DNA of 64,000 nt, taken from assembly GCF_006345805.1 (NCBI RefSeq), contig NC_042998.1:95666001-95730000 (forward strand), in the 5' to 3' direction. Under the pieces are notes generated by a model that saw only the letters and a program-made list of their open reading frames with translations, ran no database searches and was not told the origin of the DNA. Origin of the DNA: Octopus sinensis. Its lineage: Eukaryota. Of the stretch, positions 62,601 to 64,000 are shown piece after piece (position 1 is the stretch's first letter; every line of letters begins with the position of its first letter). The translations under genes and the position numbers were made by a program.

Positions 62601-63544
62601 TCAGTAGGGTAGAGTGGTAAAATGATTAGAGCGTCTTGCAATATTTGTTCCAGCTTTTTGAATTCTGAGTTCAAATCCCACCATGGCTTACTCGGATGAC
62701 AGACTTAATTCGTCGCCTGGCTTAACAACCCTACTTAGTCCTTAGGCGCCTTTAGCAAGTTTTTAGACCAGTTCATTCCTCTCTTCTTTCTTCTGGCCTT
62801 AGAGGCCCTGTGAAGGGCTATGAGCACTGCCCTTCCCTTCAAGTTAAGAAGTGAGAAGTGCCATGTGACAAAAAGAAAAAAAAAAAAGAAAATTCTTTGA
62901 ATTAATTATTGGCGTTGGTGACCATCAGCCAGGTTTTTCAGATTGCAGTTTTTACCTGACTGATAAAACTATTGAATCGGTTTGCCACCAGACTCATTTT
63001 TCACTGGTGTGATTCTAAAGACATGCATTACTGCTATGTTACTGCAGCTTATTTTATTGCTTTATCGAATTAGGAGAGATTAAACGAAATTAATAATTGC
63101 AACCTAAAACTAAAAAGTTACCGAGCTACAAATTGTAAATCGTTCAAATATTTTGTCCACCCACCAAGTTACTGTTGAGGCAGCTAATATTGGAAGTGTC
63201 AAAAAACTAAGAATTTCTCAATAACAATATGTTCTTCCAGAATTACAGTTTGAACACGGGCCGATATTATTTAATGAGTTTTAAGTGTTCTAATTATTTT
63301 TCTAAACAAATACCCACCAGCCTTATCGTGATAAAATGCGAAATACTTCACAACACTCGTTGCTTAGCCTTTAGTCACTATAATTACACAGGCATATGAC
63401 CAAAATACTCCAGACATAACCATCCCATCTCTTTGTCTATGACTCAGTGTCCAATGTGCTCTCTTTTTTAAGACAATGTGGGGGGGGGGGAGGATTCTGA
63501 AGAATTTGGTTGCTATTTCTAACAGGCTAAGCAACAATCTTTTC

Positions 63545-63700
63545 TTTTATAGGTACAAGGCCTGAAATTCTGGAGTGCTCAACTGGTACTTATTTCAACG
63601 ACCAAGAAAGGATGAAAGGCAAAAGTCAATCTCGACAGAATTTGAACCCAGAAGAAATGGTGATGAGCATTTTGTCCGACGTGCTAACGATTCTACTGGC
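63545..63700 (-). mobile_element. Family A SINE, deleted and diverged
   Basis: AACTGGTACTTATTTC..GAAAGGATGAAAGGC..AATTTGAAC. Confidence 0.75.
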
Positions 63701-64000
63701 AAGAGCCAAAGTTCTATAAATATAATAAGAAACCAGATTGTATCATAACTTCAAAACCAAAACCCAAAACCCAATTGAATCCGTTTCACCTGATTTAACA
63801 ACTAATGCTCTTACAAATGCTATGAAAATCACAACTTTTCTATTTTCTAATCAAAATGTTACGATTATTAAAGATTATTAGAAAATAGAATCTTCGTTTG
63901 TTTTTCAGCTGGCCACTTTTGCACTTTATGTTAACCTACTTTTCCATTTCTTTTTTGTATAACCATAAGGTGGCTGTATGGTTAAGACATTTGCTTCCCA

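Overview
AT-rich eukaryotic DNA dominated by repeats and microsatellites. The repeat families point to an octopus (coleoid cephalopod) genome; this is an inference, not a database result. No intact host gene, rRNA, true tRNA gene or CRISPR array can be supported, and most ORFs in the track are translated microsatellites. The recognisable content is: (i) dozens of tRNA-derived SINEs from at least five families, including a TSD-flanked dimeric form at two loci; (ii) decayed retrotransposons of the RTE, L1/Tx1, R4/Dong and Penelope-like (PLE) groups; (iii) DNA transposons, namely a TTAA-flanked full-length dead piggyBac plus hAT and pogo/Tigger MITEs. The most notable signals are: a set of type I hammerhead ribozyme (HHR) motifs in short elements sitting in (TA)n/(TACA)n tracts, including a tandem pair with a CUGUAGA core variant and one with a very long stem II; two near-perfect long palindromes inside an inverted SINE pair, one broken inside an HHR core; a 2.44-kb ORF1-only (HAL1-like) Tx1 derivative inserted in a SINE tRNA head; and a speculative Cys-rich exon with an in-frame UAG. 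All structures and alignments were read by eye, so the ends of decayed elements are approximate.
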